Source: Azolla caroliniana (lineage: Eukaryota > Plantae > Polypodiophyta). From it: DNA of 64,000 nucleotides. Under the pieces are notes generated by a model. It saw only the letters and a list, made by a program, of their open reading frames with translations. It ran no database searches and was not told where the DNA came from. A program made the translations under genes and the position numbers. Positions 24,770 through 36,899 of the stretch are shown piece after piece. Positions within the stretch are counted from its first letter, which is position 1. Every line of letters starts with the position of its first letter. Location: NCBI GenBank assembly GCA_043228905.1, contig JBHGNT010000003.1, forward strand, positions 15,066,001 through 15,130,000, written 5' to 3'.

Positions 24770-27640
24770 TGCCGCTTGCCATATGCTTAACCGTATGTAC
24801 ATTAAATAGCCATACCTAAGGCTTCCAATGCATAAATTTTTCCTTTAATTTACTACCAATCCAGAAGATTAGTTGAATGTCTTGCAACATCAACATCCAA
24901 TGGATACCCCAAATGTTGATAATTTGATACTCCTGTAATCATTGACCCTCCCCATCCCAAAGATTCCAAATCACTCTCCATACAAGAAATAAGACGAGAC
25001 TTCCTCCAAATTTTATATGCAACCGTGGCGCCAAGACGAATTGATCCCAAATTTGTATACTCCTTATAAGATTTCCTTTTGAGGCATGTAGAAACATAAA
25101 AGAGTCATTGGCCAATGCATGTGCTACCAAATGTTCACTGCAAGGAAGATGCGCACCCACAATATCACCACTAGTTGTAAGATTGAACAACATTACTAAC
25201 AAAGGATATGTAACAATAACAAATAACAATGGACTTAGTGGACATCCTTGTCATATGGATCTAGTAAGAGAAACTTTGGGACTCCACCATTAAGCATCAC
25301 AAGAGATGTTGCATTTTGCCCTAGCAGAAAGATAAGTCGACACATATGAGGACCAACCACCTAAGAGAAAAGACTAGTTCACAAGATCATATGGTTTTTT
25401 CAAATCTAATGGCACCATAATCATTTCTTGATGTGTATGTTAGGCATTATCGGTATCCATTTGAAAATTCAATACATTATATACTTCTAATTGCAATAAA
25501 ACCATATTGAGATGGGTGAATAAATTGAAGTAAGAATTTCTTGAGTCTATTGGATAATGGATTTGCAAACACTTTGTACAACCCTCCCATCAACAGCCTC
25601 CATTGATGAAATGACTCGAGAGATGGTACATTTGGTATCAATTAGATTAGGCCCACCTTCAAACTCTTAGGCATCAAATCAAAATCCTAACATTGTTGAA
25701 ATATTTGCGTGAATGGACTCTTAAGAATGCAAGCATAATTGTTCAAAATTTCATTTGTAATACCATCCCAACTAGAACTTTTACCATTTAGAATGTGTAA
25801 CAATAACTTTTCCACCTCAGCGTCTTCAACATTACCATCCAACTCTTGACAAATATTTGTATTCATAGCACACCCAACTACATTATAAAAAAACTCTTGT
25901 CTCGCTTTCAACAAAATTTCATTAATAATCAACTATGGCCCAATCAAATTCGTAAAATGAGAAATACATGTACCTCAATAACCTTGATTGGGTCTATGAC
26001 AATGTCATCTCCTATCTTATTTTGCACCACATTCGAATGAGCATATGATGGTCTTAATCCTTGAAAAACATACAAGATTGCGATTAATTATCTATAAACC
26101 CTTCTAAGTGTAACTGACTCAGTCTTGCCATTTGATAACTTTGACAATACAAATTATTCACAATGTCTTGTAACTGAAATTGAGGATCGAAAAGCTCTTC
26201 ATCATATGGATTACTCATCAATAATATAAATTGCATCATGTAAGAATATGTGAAAAATTATTAATCAATTGCTTATGTCTTTTAGCATTAGTCAAACCAT
26301 ACATACAAAGAATATCATCGATGTTTTTTAATGTTGTATCCCATGCATGCCATCCCTTTGAATTAATATGTTCTAGAAACATACCAAAAATTTATTTCAT
26401 ATAGTCATCAAATCAGGAATGAAACAATAAAGAAGAATTAAACCTCAAAGGAACCTTATGAAGCAATGTTTAATACATATCACTACATGTTTATTAAACT
26501 CGAAACATACAGGAAAATGAGCTAAGGCGTAATTGCCATATTAAGCATCCCTAGCAAAGAGGACTCATCATGCATAACATAGATTTTGTCTAACCTACTC
26601 TATGTTTTGTGAAAGATAATGTGTGGAAGCTTAGATAAGTCGGCTCAGCCGGATAACTACAGTAGAACAGAAATGAAGGTTTAATGGAAGCTTAAGAATA
26701 CACAGTACACGGGGGAGACAGAGAGAGTAGAATAGTATAAACTCAATTCAAAATAACAACACTCTGTATCTACAAATGTCCTACAAAACACTTTTTATAC
26801 AAGTCCTTAAAAGGACTGGCAGAAGTACTGACAAGTACTTCAATACTCATACGAGCGACTGTCACTAACTCCAAGGAATATGCCTACGTTGGAGCCTACG
26901 GTTCTCACTATTCTGAAGTATGATCCGGTTCTCCGGTTCGGCTCTAGGTTCTGGACACCTATCCAGTTCTCCGTTCTGGATATCGATCCAGATTCGGTTG
27001 AGCTTGCCCGCTCAACATGTTTCCAAAAGGTAACACCATTCCCTTTTATCTTATTGTTACTTATTGTGTCCTTTTGCATGGCAACACCCTTCCCTTTTAT
27101 CTTCTGTTGCACTTGATCTTCAACGTCTGGTTCTACACTAGTATGTACTCTATTATCTACCCTAACACCTCTGACATGTCACATGACCATGAACTTTAGA
27201 ATCTCACTTTAACCTTATTTTCTCTCTAACATAATTTTTTGTGGATGGTTCACTATGATATTGGCATTCAGCCATAAAATGCCTCAATTGACAACATTTA
27301 AAATAATGTCCTGCAAAAGTCTCCAATCAACTAAATCGTGACGTATCTATACTCAACCATCCCGAAAGTAATGATTTCCAAAAGAATGAGTTACTACAAT
27401 CAATAGTCACCCAAATTAGAGATTGTTGTTTCAATCAACCTTTATAATCAACCAAAGGAATCCATTCCATCATATGCACTAATCAAAACAAAAGGGTACC
27501 TTTGCCATCAAAGCAATATGATGTTTAACGATAAAAAAACCACATCGTAGAAACCTCTTGGACCCACATGCACATGCTCAACACAATTAGGCATTATGAA
27601 TTAATTGAACCATTGCTTAATCCATGATACCAAAGGAAGT
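24770..27640 (-). mobile_element. Degenerate L1-type LINE ORF2, related to the LINE at 1-3821, interrupted at ~26624-27167
   Basis: GKSSSWDGITNE, QGCPLSP, LANDSFMFL, YQHLGYPL and SRLDKIY fragments parallel the first LINE. Confidence 0.8.
26624..27167 (-). mobile_element. LTR-like insertion (probable solo LTR) in the LINE
   Basis: Right end ...CCCTAACA with imperfect inverted termini (TGGAAGCTTAGATAA / TGTTAGGGTAGATAA) and a minus-strand TATA at ~26795. No matching TSD, so the ends are uncertain. Confidence 0.5.
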
Positions 27641-27681
27641 TTACTAGTGAAATACAAAAATAACACTGTGATCATAAAATC

Positions 27682-28555
27682 TGTTAAAAGTTGCTAACAT
27701 GGACTTGGCCTCCAGTACCACTTCCACAACATCCTATTCTACTACAGAGAATCATACTCGGCCACAACCGAGTTTCAATCACACAATGGAAAAATAAACA
27801 AGACAAATATGTTTCTATCTCCCTCACTCACACACACACTCTCTCTCTCCATACACCAATAATCATAACAACTAACTCGCAACTCACATATCCATTTGCC
27901 CTAATCATATTTATACTTATATAACTTACGAGCTATTTACAAATGTGGCCTCAACGGCCCATAAGAAACATATTTACAAATCTATCTCTCTTCCGGATCC
28001 GTCCGGTCCGGCTTCCTGATATCCTTTTGGATCCATTCGATTTGGCTTCCTCCGATCCGGCTCGACCGGTCCCCATCCGGAGAGACCGATATCTCAACAA
28101 TCTCCCCCTTCACTCCGGCATGGGGTTTTCGTTAACCCAATCCGTCTCCGGCACGAGTCTAGCTTGTCGATTGACAACACCTTGGTTTAGCATATTCGAC
28201 ACGTTCTCCTCGGTGTGAATCTTCACTAGAGTGAAGTCCTAGTCTTCTACTCTCTCCCAAAGCCAGTGCTATCTGCGCTGGATGTGCTTCGTCGTGGAGT
28301 GGTAGGTCGCATTCTTTGCAAGGTGGATGACACTTTGACTGTCGCGATAGAGCCGATATTTCCTTCTGTTGTAAGCTCTCCGATGAAGTCTTTCATCCCA
28401 GTTACTTCCTTGTCGGCTTCCACGACAGCCATGTACTCCGTTTTCGTTGTCGATAGTGCAACGGACTTCTACAACCTGGATTGCCACGATACAATTCCCT
28501 CTACATATGTGTTGACGTATTTGGAGGTAGACCGGCTCACTAGTATCTTGGCAAG
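27682..28555 (-). mobile_element. Truncated Ty1/copia: 3' LTR (27682-28099), PPT and RNase H fragment
   Basis: TGTT...CAACA LTR, PPT complement ATCTCCCCCT at 28100, and DSQSVIHLAKNATYHSTTKHIQRR. Confidence 0.8.
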
Positions 28556-29599
28556 GTGACAATTCTCTCTCTCTCTCTCCGTGGGCGATTTTGCTATATA
28601 ATTAATGTCTTCGTGCAAAGGAGGTGGCAATCATTTGGTGTATAGATGATTTATGGATATGGCTGCCGTAGGCTTGCATCGTAGTTGTGGCTTCTTGGAG
28701 TTCAACGAGAGACCCACAAATCCTCGCACCTATGGCATGACTGAGATCAGAGGCCCCTATTACTCAGTTATGGGCCATCGCTACCTCTAGGTCATTTCTT
28801 TCGCTCTCATGGTGTATGTTGCTGCATTTGTATGTCATATGTATGACGGTGATTGTTGTATATACGACAGTGCAAGGTGCATGCTGTATGTGTGATGGTG
28901 CACAATGCCTGCTGTATGTGAGACGTTGCATGATGTATTCTGTATGTGTATATGATGTTGGAAGTTGTAGATTGGAGACGGTGCTGCGTATGTGATGGTA
29001 TTTTCTCTATAGGTTTTATGGGTATGTTTGTTGTATGTGGTACGAGCTCTAGTTAGAGTGCAAGTTCCTTGAGAAAAATATTTTGTCAAGGTGCCCATTC
29101 CTTGTGTTAATGTTCAATGTTGAATAGAAGCATGAGGGAAAGTGGGCTCTTCTCCCCCACACGTGAAAATTTCCTCTCTATGTGTGTGAGAGAGAAAGAT
29201 TCCTTGATTCTAGCATGTATTTCTATAGAGAAATACAAATGATGTGCTGATTTGGTTGAATGTAATCAGGATATAATAGAGACGATGGGTTACTATGAGG
29301 ATGGTCCAAAATTTGCTGGAGGCTCATTCAGCTTGATGCCACGGGAAGCTGTCCAACAGATAACATACACTGCCCATGCATATGGTGTGTATGTGAGCAC
29401 CGGGGGATGGGTAGAACATGTTCTATCAAAAGGATCCCAGTTTTTCAAACCATACCTACAAGTAAGAAACGCTATAGCATATTTATATTTCTTTCACATT
29501 TCCATCACTTCAATGGCATAGAATAGTTATAACTTATAGGTTAGCATATCTAATCCCATATGTGTAGGAGTTATGAATGGCATTTGTAGGAGTAAGAAC

Positions 29600-30145
29600 T
29601 TTTAATGACATCTAGAGTTTAAGATTAGGATATCTAATAGCATGCTCAGTTTAGGGTTTAGGACATCCAACGATGTTTAAATTTAGGATCTAGTGTTTAC
29701 AATATTCGATAACATGCAGGATTTATGGTCTACATTTAAGTTATCCAATGGCATGTAAGGTTTAGGGTTTACATTTTACATTTTACGATATCCTGTAGCA
29801 TGTAAGGTTTAGGATATCTTGAATAGATACAAATATCTTTTTAACATACACTGGATATGGATTGTTATTTATGGGACAGGGCTGAGCCCTTGGCAAGGGT
29901 CAAACTTGGGTTCTCTCAAATATTTGACTTTTGAGGCATGTAGGGTTTAGGATTATTGGCAATGGTATGTCTACGGCTTAAGATATTGGCAAAGACATGT
30001 ATCAGGTTTAGAGTTCTGAATGCTGGAAATGGCATTAAATGTTTAGGATGTAGGATATTAAATTGTTTGAAAGGTTTAGGATTTACTGCATCCAATGACA
30101 ATCAGAGTTTAGGATTTAGGATATGTGATAGATGTAATATCTAAT
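29600..30145. repeat. Degenerate intronic minisatellite built on telomere-like TTTAGGG/TTTAGGA motifs
   Basis: Recurrent TTTAGGGTTT and TTTAGGATAT units at e.g. 29650, 29761, 29941, 30075 and 30108. Confidence 0.6.
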
Positions 30146-30534
30146 CGACTGGACATGTTTGGAATCAGGAAGTTAAAGACTTGGGATTTGATGTTGTGGA
30201 GCTAAGCACCAGCTTCATTAGCATTCCTCTCAAGAAGATCTTCTCGAGCTTGTTCGAGCTGTGAAAAATGTGGGGCTTAAAGTCAAGCCTGACCTTGGCA
30301 TACAATTTGGGGCTGGAGGGGTACACCCACATCTAAGCTTGAAGCCGAAGGTTTCACCTGTGTGATTATGGAATATTTTATATGAATCAACACCAAACTA
30401 CCCCTTGGCTCTTAACTTTTTAGGTATTTACCAGACTAATCCTATGTTTCCAAAACTTACCAGAATACCCCTGTATTACAAGGTAGGGATAATCTGGTAA
30501 ATACCCATACCCGACAAAGCTAGGGTTATTATCT

Positions 30535-31012
30535 TTGCATTTTGAGCTTTCTTATATGAGCTAGCTAATGATGCACACATACTTCTTTATATGAGACATT
30601 TTGGCCTTCTTTTGTATAGGCTAGCAATGCATTCGTATAATGATACTGACACGTATCTTTATACAAGGCACTTTGCCCTTTTTGTATGAGTTATGTATGC
30701 ATTCACACTAGTTATGCTCGTGTACGTCTTTATATGATCTAGCTATGCATTCACTCTAGTGATGCACATATGTATCTTTATATGAGCGAGCAATATGTTC
30801 ACAGTAGCAATGCTCACATATATTTTAATATGAGCTAGCTATGTATTTGCCTTTCACTGCTGAGGCTCACTTGGTGATAATGATGACGTGCATACTTTCT
30901 ACATTCTCAACACCCAACCCAATAATTTATGGGTATACTGGGTCCTTCATATGAGCTAGCTATGCATTCACACTAGTGCTACTCATATATATATTTTTTA
31001 TGAGCTAGCAAT
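30535..31012. repeat. Degenerate ~46-bp intronic tandem repeat
   Basis: Recurrent TTTATATGAGCTAGCTATGCATTCACACTAGTGATGC-like units. Confidence 0.75.
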
Positions 31013-33868
31013 TTAAATTCTCCCCGGGATACTCATTTTCTAATGATGATGATGTGTATGCTTACTAGGAACCCGAGATGTGGATTGGGTGATTCAAAGA
31101 GCCAAGGCTTGTTTAGATGCTGGGGCAGACATGATAATGATAGAGTCAGAGGGCATCACCGAGAATGTAGAAAGTTGGAGGACAGATGTTGTAGCGAAAA
31201 TTATAGGGCAGCTTGGGCTAGAGAAAGTGATGTTTGAGGCTGCCGATCCCAAGGTCTTTGAGTGGTATATCAAAAACTATGGTAACAGAGTAAGTGTCCC
31301 TTGTGGCTAGGTATATTATATAATTTATTTTCACCTTTCTATTAGAGCATCAATAGCAAATTAAAAATTCAACTAGTTGAGGAAATAGTATGTGATGAAA
31401 AAATGCCATATCATGATGGGTGATAGCATAATAAATGTGAGCTACTATTATTGCAATGTTTGTATACAGGCCAACTATGTGTTGTGTGGATATCTTCCAT
31501 GAGTTAATACACCTTAAGTAACTGTATAAAACAAAACCTTCAAATGACGCTGTTAACAATAGGAATAATCTCGATTTTAAATAAGGCAGTCTATAACAGA
31601 CAAAACCAAAATGCTATCTCCATATGTGATATGCATTTGGCAATCACTAGGAGGTTTTTCCTTTCAAAGGTAATGTGCCATAGCCACTATTTTGTGTTGT
31701 AAGAGGATCAAAATTTTATTTGAGTAACTGAATTGATTAAAACTTTGTTTATGAATGTAAAGTGGTTATTTATCTTTAAAGTTCCAACCATCAATTCTAA
31801 TTCAACTTTGTATTGTCCTCATGATCCAGGGGAATTTGTTTGTAGATCATTCACAAATTGTACAGTTAGAATGCTTGCGTTCTGGAATATGGGGTACCAA
31901 ATGACCTGGGGTAGGATGATTACATTCAAACCATAGCATCCAGAAACAGTCATTTTCCATATATGAATTATGAATGCTTTTGTACATAATATCTTGCTTA
32001 ATATATATATTATAGGTGAAAACATAATTTATATTGTACATGTTTTTGGTACTGTTAATACGAAGCACTTTTTTTAATTCCTGATTTCTAATCTCACTTC
32101 TATTTGTATCTCGAGATCTCTTTGTTGCTTCGTTTTGTATAGACATTCAATCATCTTTCAATGGAGCTCTCATAATCATTGCCACAATTTAACAAAACCA
32201 CCCTTCTCATCACTAAGTCCAACTGGATTTGTGATTTGCCAGTTAGTTGTGCTAATCAATTACTTTCTCATAAACTGTTTGTGCTAAGCAAATTCAAACT
32301 CTAGGTTCATTACAGTATATGTTTATTGATTTGTAAAGTAGCCAGAAAGAAAGCAATGATGATAATGAAACGGTTCACCATTAACTGTTTGTGCTAGTTA
32401 AGGTTTGTATGATTATCAGCATCATCAAACCCTACCACTTGGACTTAATTGTTTTCTTGAATGGATGTACAGTTTTGCCATATGTGACATTATTGTTGAA
32501 TTGTGTGGTTTCTGATTGTTTATTGAGTAATATTATAGTGTCTAAATTGTCTTCTGGTGAACTTTAACAGACATCCTTACATACAAATTGTTTTGCGGTT
32601 GATACAAGTTGCCTAGAATACATCCTTTCAGTCTAGTCGACTTTATCTGACCAATATGGTTAATTACAGTAAATGATTCTTTGATTATTCAGTGTTGATA
32701 TTACTAGTTTAAGTTAGATGTTTATTGAACCAATGATTCTTTAACAGAAGGGAGATTGATGGTTGGAATGATGCATATCTTTAGAGATATTCTAGTACTG
32801 TAATTTAATCAAAATCCCCTTTTGGATTGGGTAGCATCCAATTACCAAACAAAGCCCACAAATTATTTTGAGCAATGTCAGATTCACTGCTGAAGCTGCT
32901 TTTCATATTCATTCGCTGATCGATAATGCAAAAGGTACACCATTAAGATGGAAAGTGCGACAACACGAAGCTTCACACGTTGGCTTTGTCTGAAATGTAG
33001 AAAGCTAAATGCTGAAACTAAAAGGTAAGTTATGTAGGCTATTCTCAACGCCTTGAGTTCAGATCCTTCAACCCATCTTCATTGTGCCATATACTACATG
33101 CCGCATTTGTGTATCAAACTAACTGCCTCACATACTCCATACTGTTACTGTGGCCATTTCAACTTTAGTCTGAGAAAAGAAGAGAAAGAATAGGTAGGTT
33201 TTGGTCAGTCATGAATCATGATATTATTAAAAAAATAAAAAGTTTATTTCATTCAAATTAATATAAATTCATACAAATTAATTTGTTTCATTCAAAATAG
33301 TGCCTCGATTTGAATGAAATATCTGTCTGTTAGTTCCTTTAACTTGTTTACAGGGGATCTCTGTGACTCTCCAAGGCCAGTGGACCCATGGAAAAAAGAA
33401 TCAGAATCATTCTAAACAAAGAGCAGGTAGGCTTGGAGTGCTACTTTTGCAATTAGCATATTTTGTGGAGAGGGCTACCAACCTTTTGATGAACCCTCAG
33501 GATTAACTTGCACTCAATAGTACATTAACATTTGATTTATCCCTCAGCCGTAGCACAATGATAGTTTTGTGAATCTTCATTGTTGCTAAAAATTAGAGAA
33601 ATAAGTGTGCTTCGAGCAATAGTCTCATCCATACGCTGTATTAGTAGGTGGTGGAAATTTGAGTCTCTCCTAGTTTTTCTGCGTCTCTTATTGACCTATC
33701 ACACAGTGACAAGGCCATAAACATCCGATTTGCCTCCCCCATATACATCAGATTCACCTGCCAATCCAAACATGCTACAACTAACAATCGTTAAGGGTGG
33801 ACATCCAACTCCCACTTGTGTGCGAATATAGGTTTTGATCACTTTAGAGAAAGCACAATAGCATCCTC

Positions 33869-36046
33869 TCAATTTAAATGCAAGGATCTTTTGAATACCT
33901 CCTTTGCCATGCCTGAATTCCCTGATTGCCTACAAGCACCTAGAATAGAATGCCAAACAATAAGATCCGGAGGGAATGGCATCTCCTTGATCAATGCTTG
34001 AGCCTCATCTAAATTGCCAACCCTACCAAGAAGATGGATCATGCAAGTATGATGTTCTAAAGTTGGCACAATTCCATACTCTTCATTCATTGCCTCAAAA
34101 TATGTTTGGCTCTTATTGAATAAGCACGCACGACTACATGCATTAAGAAGAATAACAAAAGTGACCAAATTTGGTTTCATGCCTTCCCCTAGCATTCGAT
34201 CATATACATCAAAAACATGCTCACTTTTCCCAATTTGTGCATATCCGGCCATTAACGCTGTCCACGAGACCCCATCTCTCACTGGAAGCTTCTCAAACAC
34301 TTCTCGTGCCTTAGAAAGTGCACCACATTTAGAGTACATATCAACCAAAGTGGTGCCAACTACAGGGTCTCTTTCTATCAATCCATATCTTTCAATCTCT
34401 TTATGTATTTCACACCCTTTTTCAGTTGCCCCTATGCTTCCACAAGCTTTCAAACAACAAACAAATGTCACTGCATTAGGATGTATACCTGCTAGTTGCA
34501 TCTCTTCATAACAATCAATTGCTTCTTCACCATGTCCATGTTCAACATAACCTGACATGAGAGATGTCCATGAGACCACATCTCTATTCGGCATCTCATC
34601 AAACACTTTACGAGCTTTTGCAAGGGAATTACATTTTGCATACATATCAATCAGGGCATTTCCTACTACAAGATTTGTCCCTAGAAGACCTTGCCTTTCT
34701 ATATCATCATGTATTTCTTGGCCCTTATCCACATCTCTAGTGCTTATACAAGCTTTTAAACCACAAATAAATGTCACAGCATCAGGAGAAATCCCCTCAG
34801 CATGCATCTGTTCCAAGCACTTCAGGGCTTTCTCTTCGTATCCATGCTCCACATATCCTGAAATTAACGCATTCCAGCAAATAATGTCCCGAACCCTAAG
34901 CTTATCAAACACTTTGCGTGCTTTGACAAGTGCCCCACATTTGCAATAAACATCAACCAAAGTGGTCTCGAGGAGAAGATCTCGAATCCCTTTTTTGTCA
35001 ATTTCTCCATGTATTTCTATAGCTTTCTCTATATCGCCAATGCTCACACAAGCCTTCAAACATGATGCATATGTGATGGAGTTAGGCGAAACACCTTCTA
35101 GAAGCATTTGTTCAAAGTACTCGATCGCTTGTCTTCCATGTCCACATTCAACATATCCAGCAATCAGAGCTGTCCAAGAAACCACGTCTCGGATCAGAAG
35201 CTTTTCAAATACATTCCATGCCTTTTCAAGCAAGCCAAATTTCGCATACATATCAACCACAACCGTCCCCAGAAGAAAGCCTCTTTCCAGCAATCCTTTG
35301 CTTTCAGCCTCTGCATGTACTGCTTGGCCCTTGGATGAATCCTTAAGAATGCCACATGATTTCAAGGTAGAAATGAATGTCACCGAATTTGGTGATACTC
35401 CGTCATTTCGCATACTTTCAAAACACTTTATAGCCTCTTCTCCAAGGCCATTTTCAGTATACCCTGTTATCATAGCATTATAAGACACGACATTCTTTGC
35501 GAATAAAACATCAAAAACATTCCGAGCTTTAACCATAGTGCCACATTTCGCATACATATCGATCAAACTATTACCAACAAATACATTGTTTGTAAGCAAT
35601 CCGGTCTCTACAATATCTCCATGAATTTCTTCACCCTTCTTCACATCTTTAAGCATAGCACAAGCTTTCAATGCCACAACATAGGTGTGCCCGCTACGGT
35701 GTATACGAGAACAATCATCCTTTTTCATTAGATTATACAAGTGAAGAGCATGAATTGGCTTACCACGTGTGATATATCCATTGATAAGAACATTCCAAGA
35801 CCATTCATTTGGATATGGAAACCTGTCAAAAGCTAGTTGAGCTCGATGGATGTTTTCTCCCACGTCCACTAACATGGGGATGAGATAATTCCCTAGTATT
35901 GGATGGGTATCCAACCCATTTCTTCTCATATAAACATAAATGTTCAAAGCTTGTGTTCTGTTTCTGTCTTTCCCGCATCTCTGCAATATCCTCGCAAAGT
36001 CTTCAATGCAATGTTGGGAGAGGCCTATACAAGGATTGGGTTTCAT
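33869..36046 (-). CDS. PLS-class pentatricopeptide repeat protein with E domain and no DYW (candidate organellar RNA-editing factor), 725 aa, intronless CDS
   Basis: Repeated P-L-S triplets (DVVSWTALIAGY..., PNSITYASCLKAC..., LVDMYSKCG...). The C-terminus has EHHTCMIHLLGRVGNL and MPFPPDLIVWHSILGACR. Confidence 0.95.
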   Translation of the reverse strand: MKPNPCIGLSQHCIEDFARILQRCGKDRNRTQALNIYVYMRRNGLDTHPILGNYLIPMLVDVGENIHRAQLAFDRFPYPNEWSWNVLINGYITRGKPIHALHLYNLMKKDDCSRIHRSGHTYVVALKACAMLKDVKKGEEIHGDIVETGLLTNNVFVGNSLIDMYAKCGTMVKARNVFDVLFAKNVVSYNAMITGYTENGLGEEAIKCFESMRNDGVSPNSVTFISTLKSCGILKDSSKGQAVHAEAESKGLLERGFLLGTVVVDMYAKFGLLEKAWNVFEKLLIRDVVSWTALIAGYVECGHGRQAIEYFEQMLLEGVSPNSITYASCLKACVSIGDIEKAIEIHGEIDKKGIRDLLLETTLVDVYCKCGALVKARKVFDKLRVRDIICWNALISGYVEHGYEEKALKCLEQMHAEGISPDAVTFICGLKACISTRDVDKGQEIHDDIERQGLLGTNLVVGNALIDMYAKCNSLAKARKVFDEMPNRDVVSWTSLMSGYVEHGHGEEAIDCYEEMQLAGIHPNAVTFVCCLKACGSIGATEKGCEIHKEIERYGLIERDPVVGTTLVDMYSKCGALSKAREVFEKLPVRDGVSWTALMAGYAQIGKSEHVFDVYDRMLGEGMKPNLVTFVILLNACSRACLFNKSQTYFEAMNEEYGIVPTLEHHTCMIHLLGRVGNLDEAQALIKEMPFPPDLIVWHSILGACRQSGNSGMAKEVFKRSLHLN

Positions 36047-36899
36047 GAATGTGACACTGAGATCACCATCATCCTTCGGTCACGTGTTTTTCTTCTTCAA
36101 CCAACACCATCACTACTACTTCTCTAAGAAAAATGGCCTTATGTAAAACATACTGAACCATACAACCCTTTCACACTGTTGCAAAACCTTCAGCTAAAAG
36201 CCAGTCTCGCCAATATGTACCTCAGAACTCCCTCCCTTACGGCCGCCACCCGCTCCCATCTTGCTAGAAGAGACAATCAAGTGATTCCGGAAACCACCCA
36301 CATGCCACCTTAAAACCATGATGTTGCTACATCATTACATGTTGTTGCTTGGGTTTAATCCTATGTTTGTCACATGCTTTTGTTGCATGTTTGATTCATA
36401 TCTAGATACCATTCGTTGTCCAACCATGACAAAGTTAGGTACCAAGCATGTTTGCTACACATTTGTTTTTGCAGTCAATGATCATGTGTCATCCTACTTA
36501 ACATCCGTTTGGCCACCCGGTATGGACTCGCCCATGTGTCTCCCTCAGCCTTGACTAAACTCTAAAAATCTTATGACATTGAATTGTTACATATATCAAA
36601 TACCTATCAATAGCCATATTCTGAATAGTAGTTGCATGGGTAGGGCATGCCTCTTACCAATATTACCTTTGTTTGCTTATACGAAATGTAAGAGGAGAAA
36701 GGGAAACTTCGATATTATTGATAAGAGGCCTTCATTATAACATAAAATTTGATAACTCTTAAGTATACATAAGATATTTTTGTCAAACTTGTAGTTGTTT
36801 TCCCATTCACCTAAGCTTCTCAAATTAACAAAAATATCTTTAACTAAGCTTCTCAAATTTTTTGTTTCTCTTAATATACACAACATTTTGAGATGTTTG

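Larger units (their letters stand above)
28659..31936 (+). pseudogene. HSA32: HSA32 / phosphosulfolactate synthase (ComA)-family gene, 5 exons, disrupted
   Basis: Exons 28659-28790, 29270-29461, 30169-30350, 31069-31289 and 31830-31936, all GT-AG. Motifs GMTEIRGPYYSVMG, KFAGGSFSLMP, GVYVSTGGW, LGFDVVELS, AGADMIMIESEG, MFEAADP, NLFVDHSQIVQLECLR. Lesions: in-frame TAG at 28788-28790, +2 nt at 30229-30230, -1 nt at ~30320 and -1 nt at ~31900. Confidence 0.88.

Noticed and set aside
28788-28790. TAG rescued by U-to-C editing as in fern organelles
   Set aside because: This is a nuclear spliceosomal gene, reverse editing is known from organelles, and additional frameshifts exist.
32990-33430. Possible small plus-strand exons (33001-33024, 33354-33425)
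   Set aside because: AG/GT boundaries exist but there is no coherent ORF or homology; cannot be supported without RNA data.
34116-35483. Plus-strand ORFs of 130-170 aa
   Set aside because: Antisense shadows of the PPR coding sequence.
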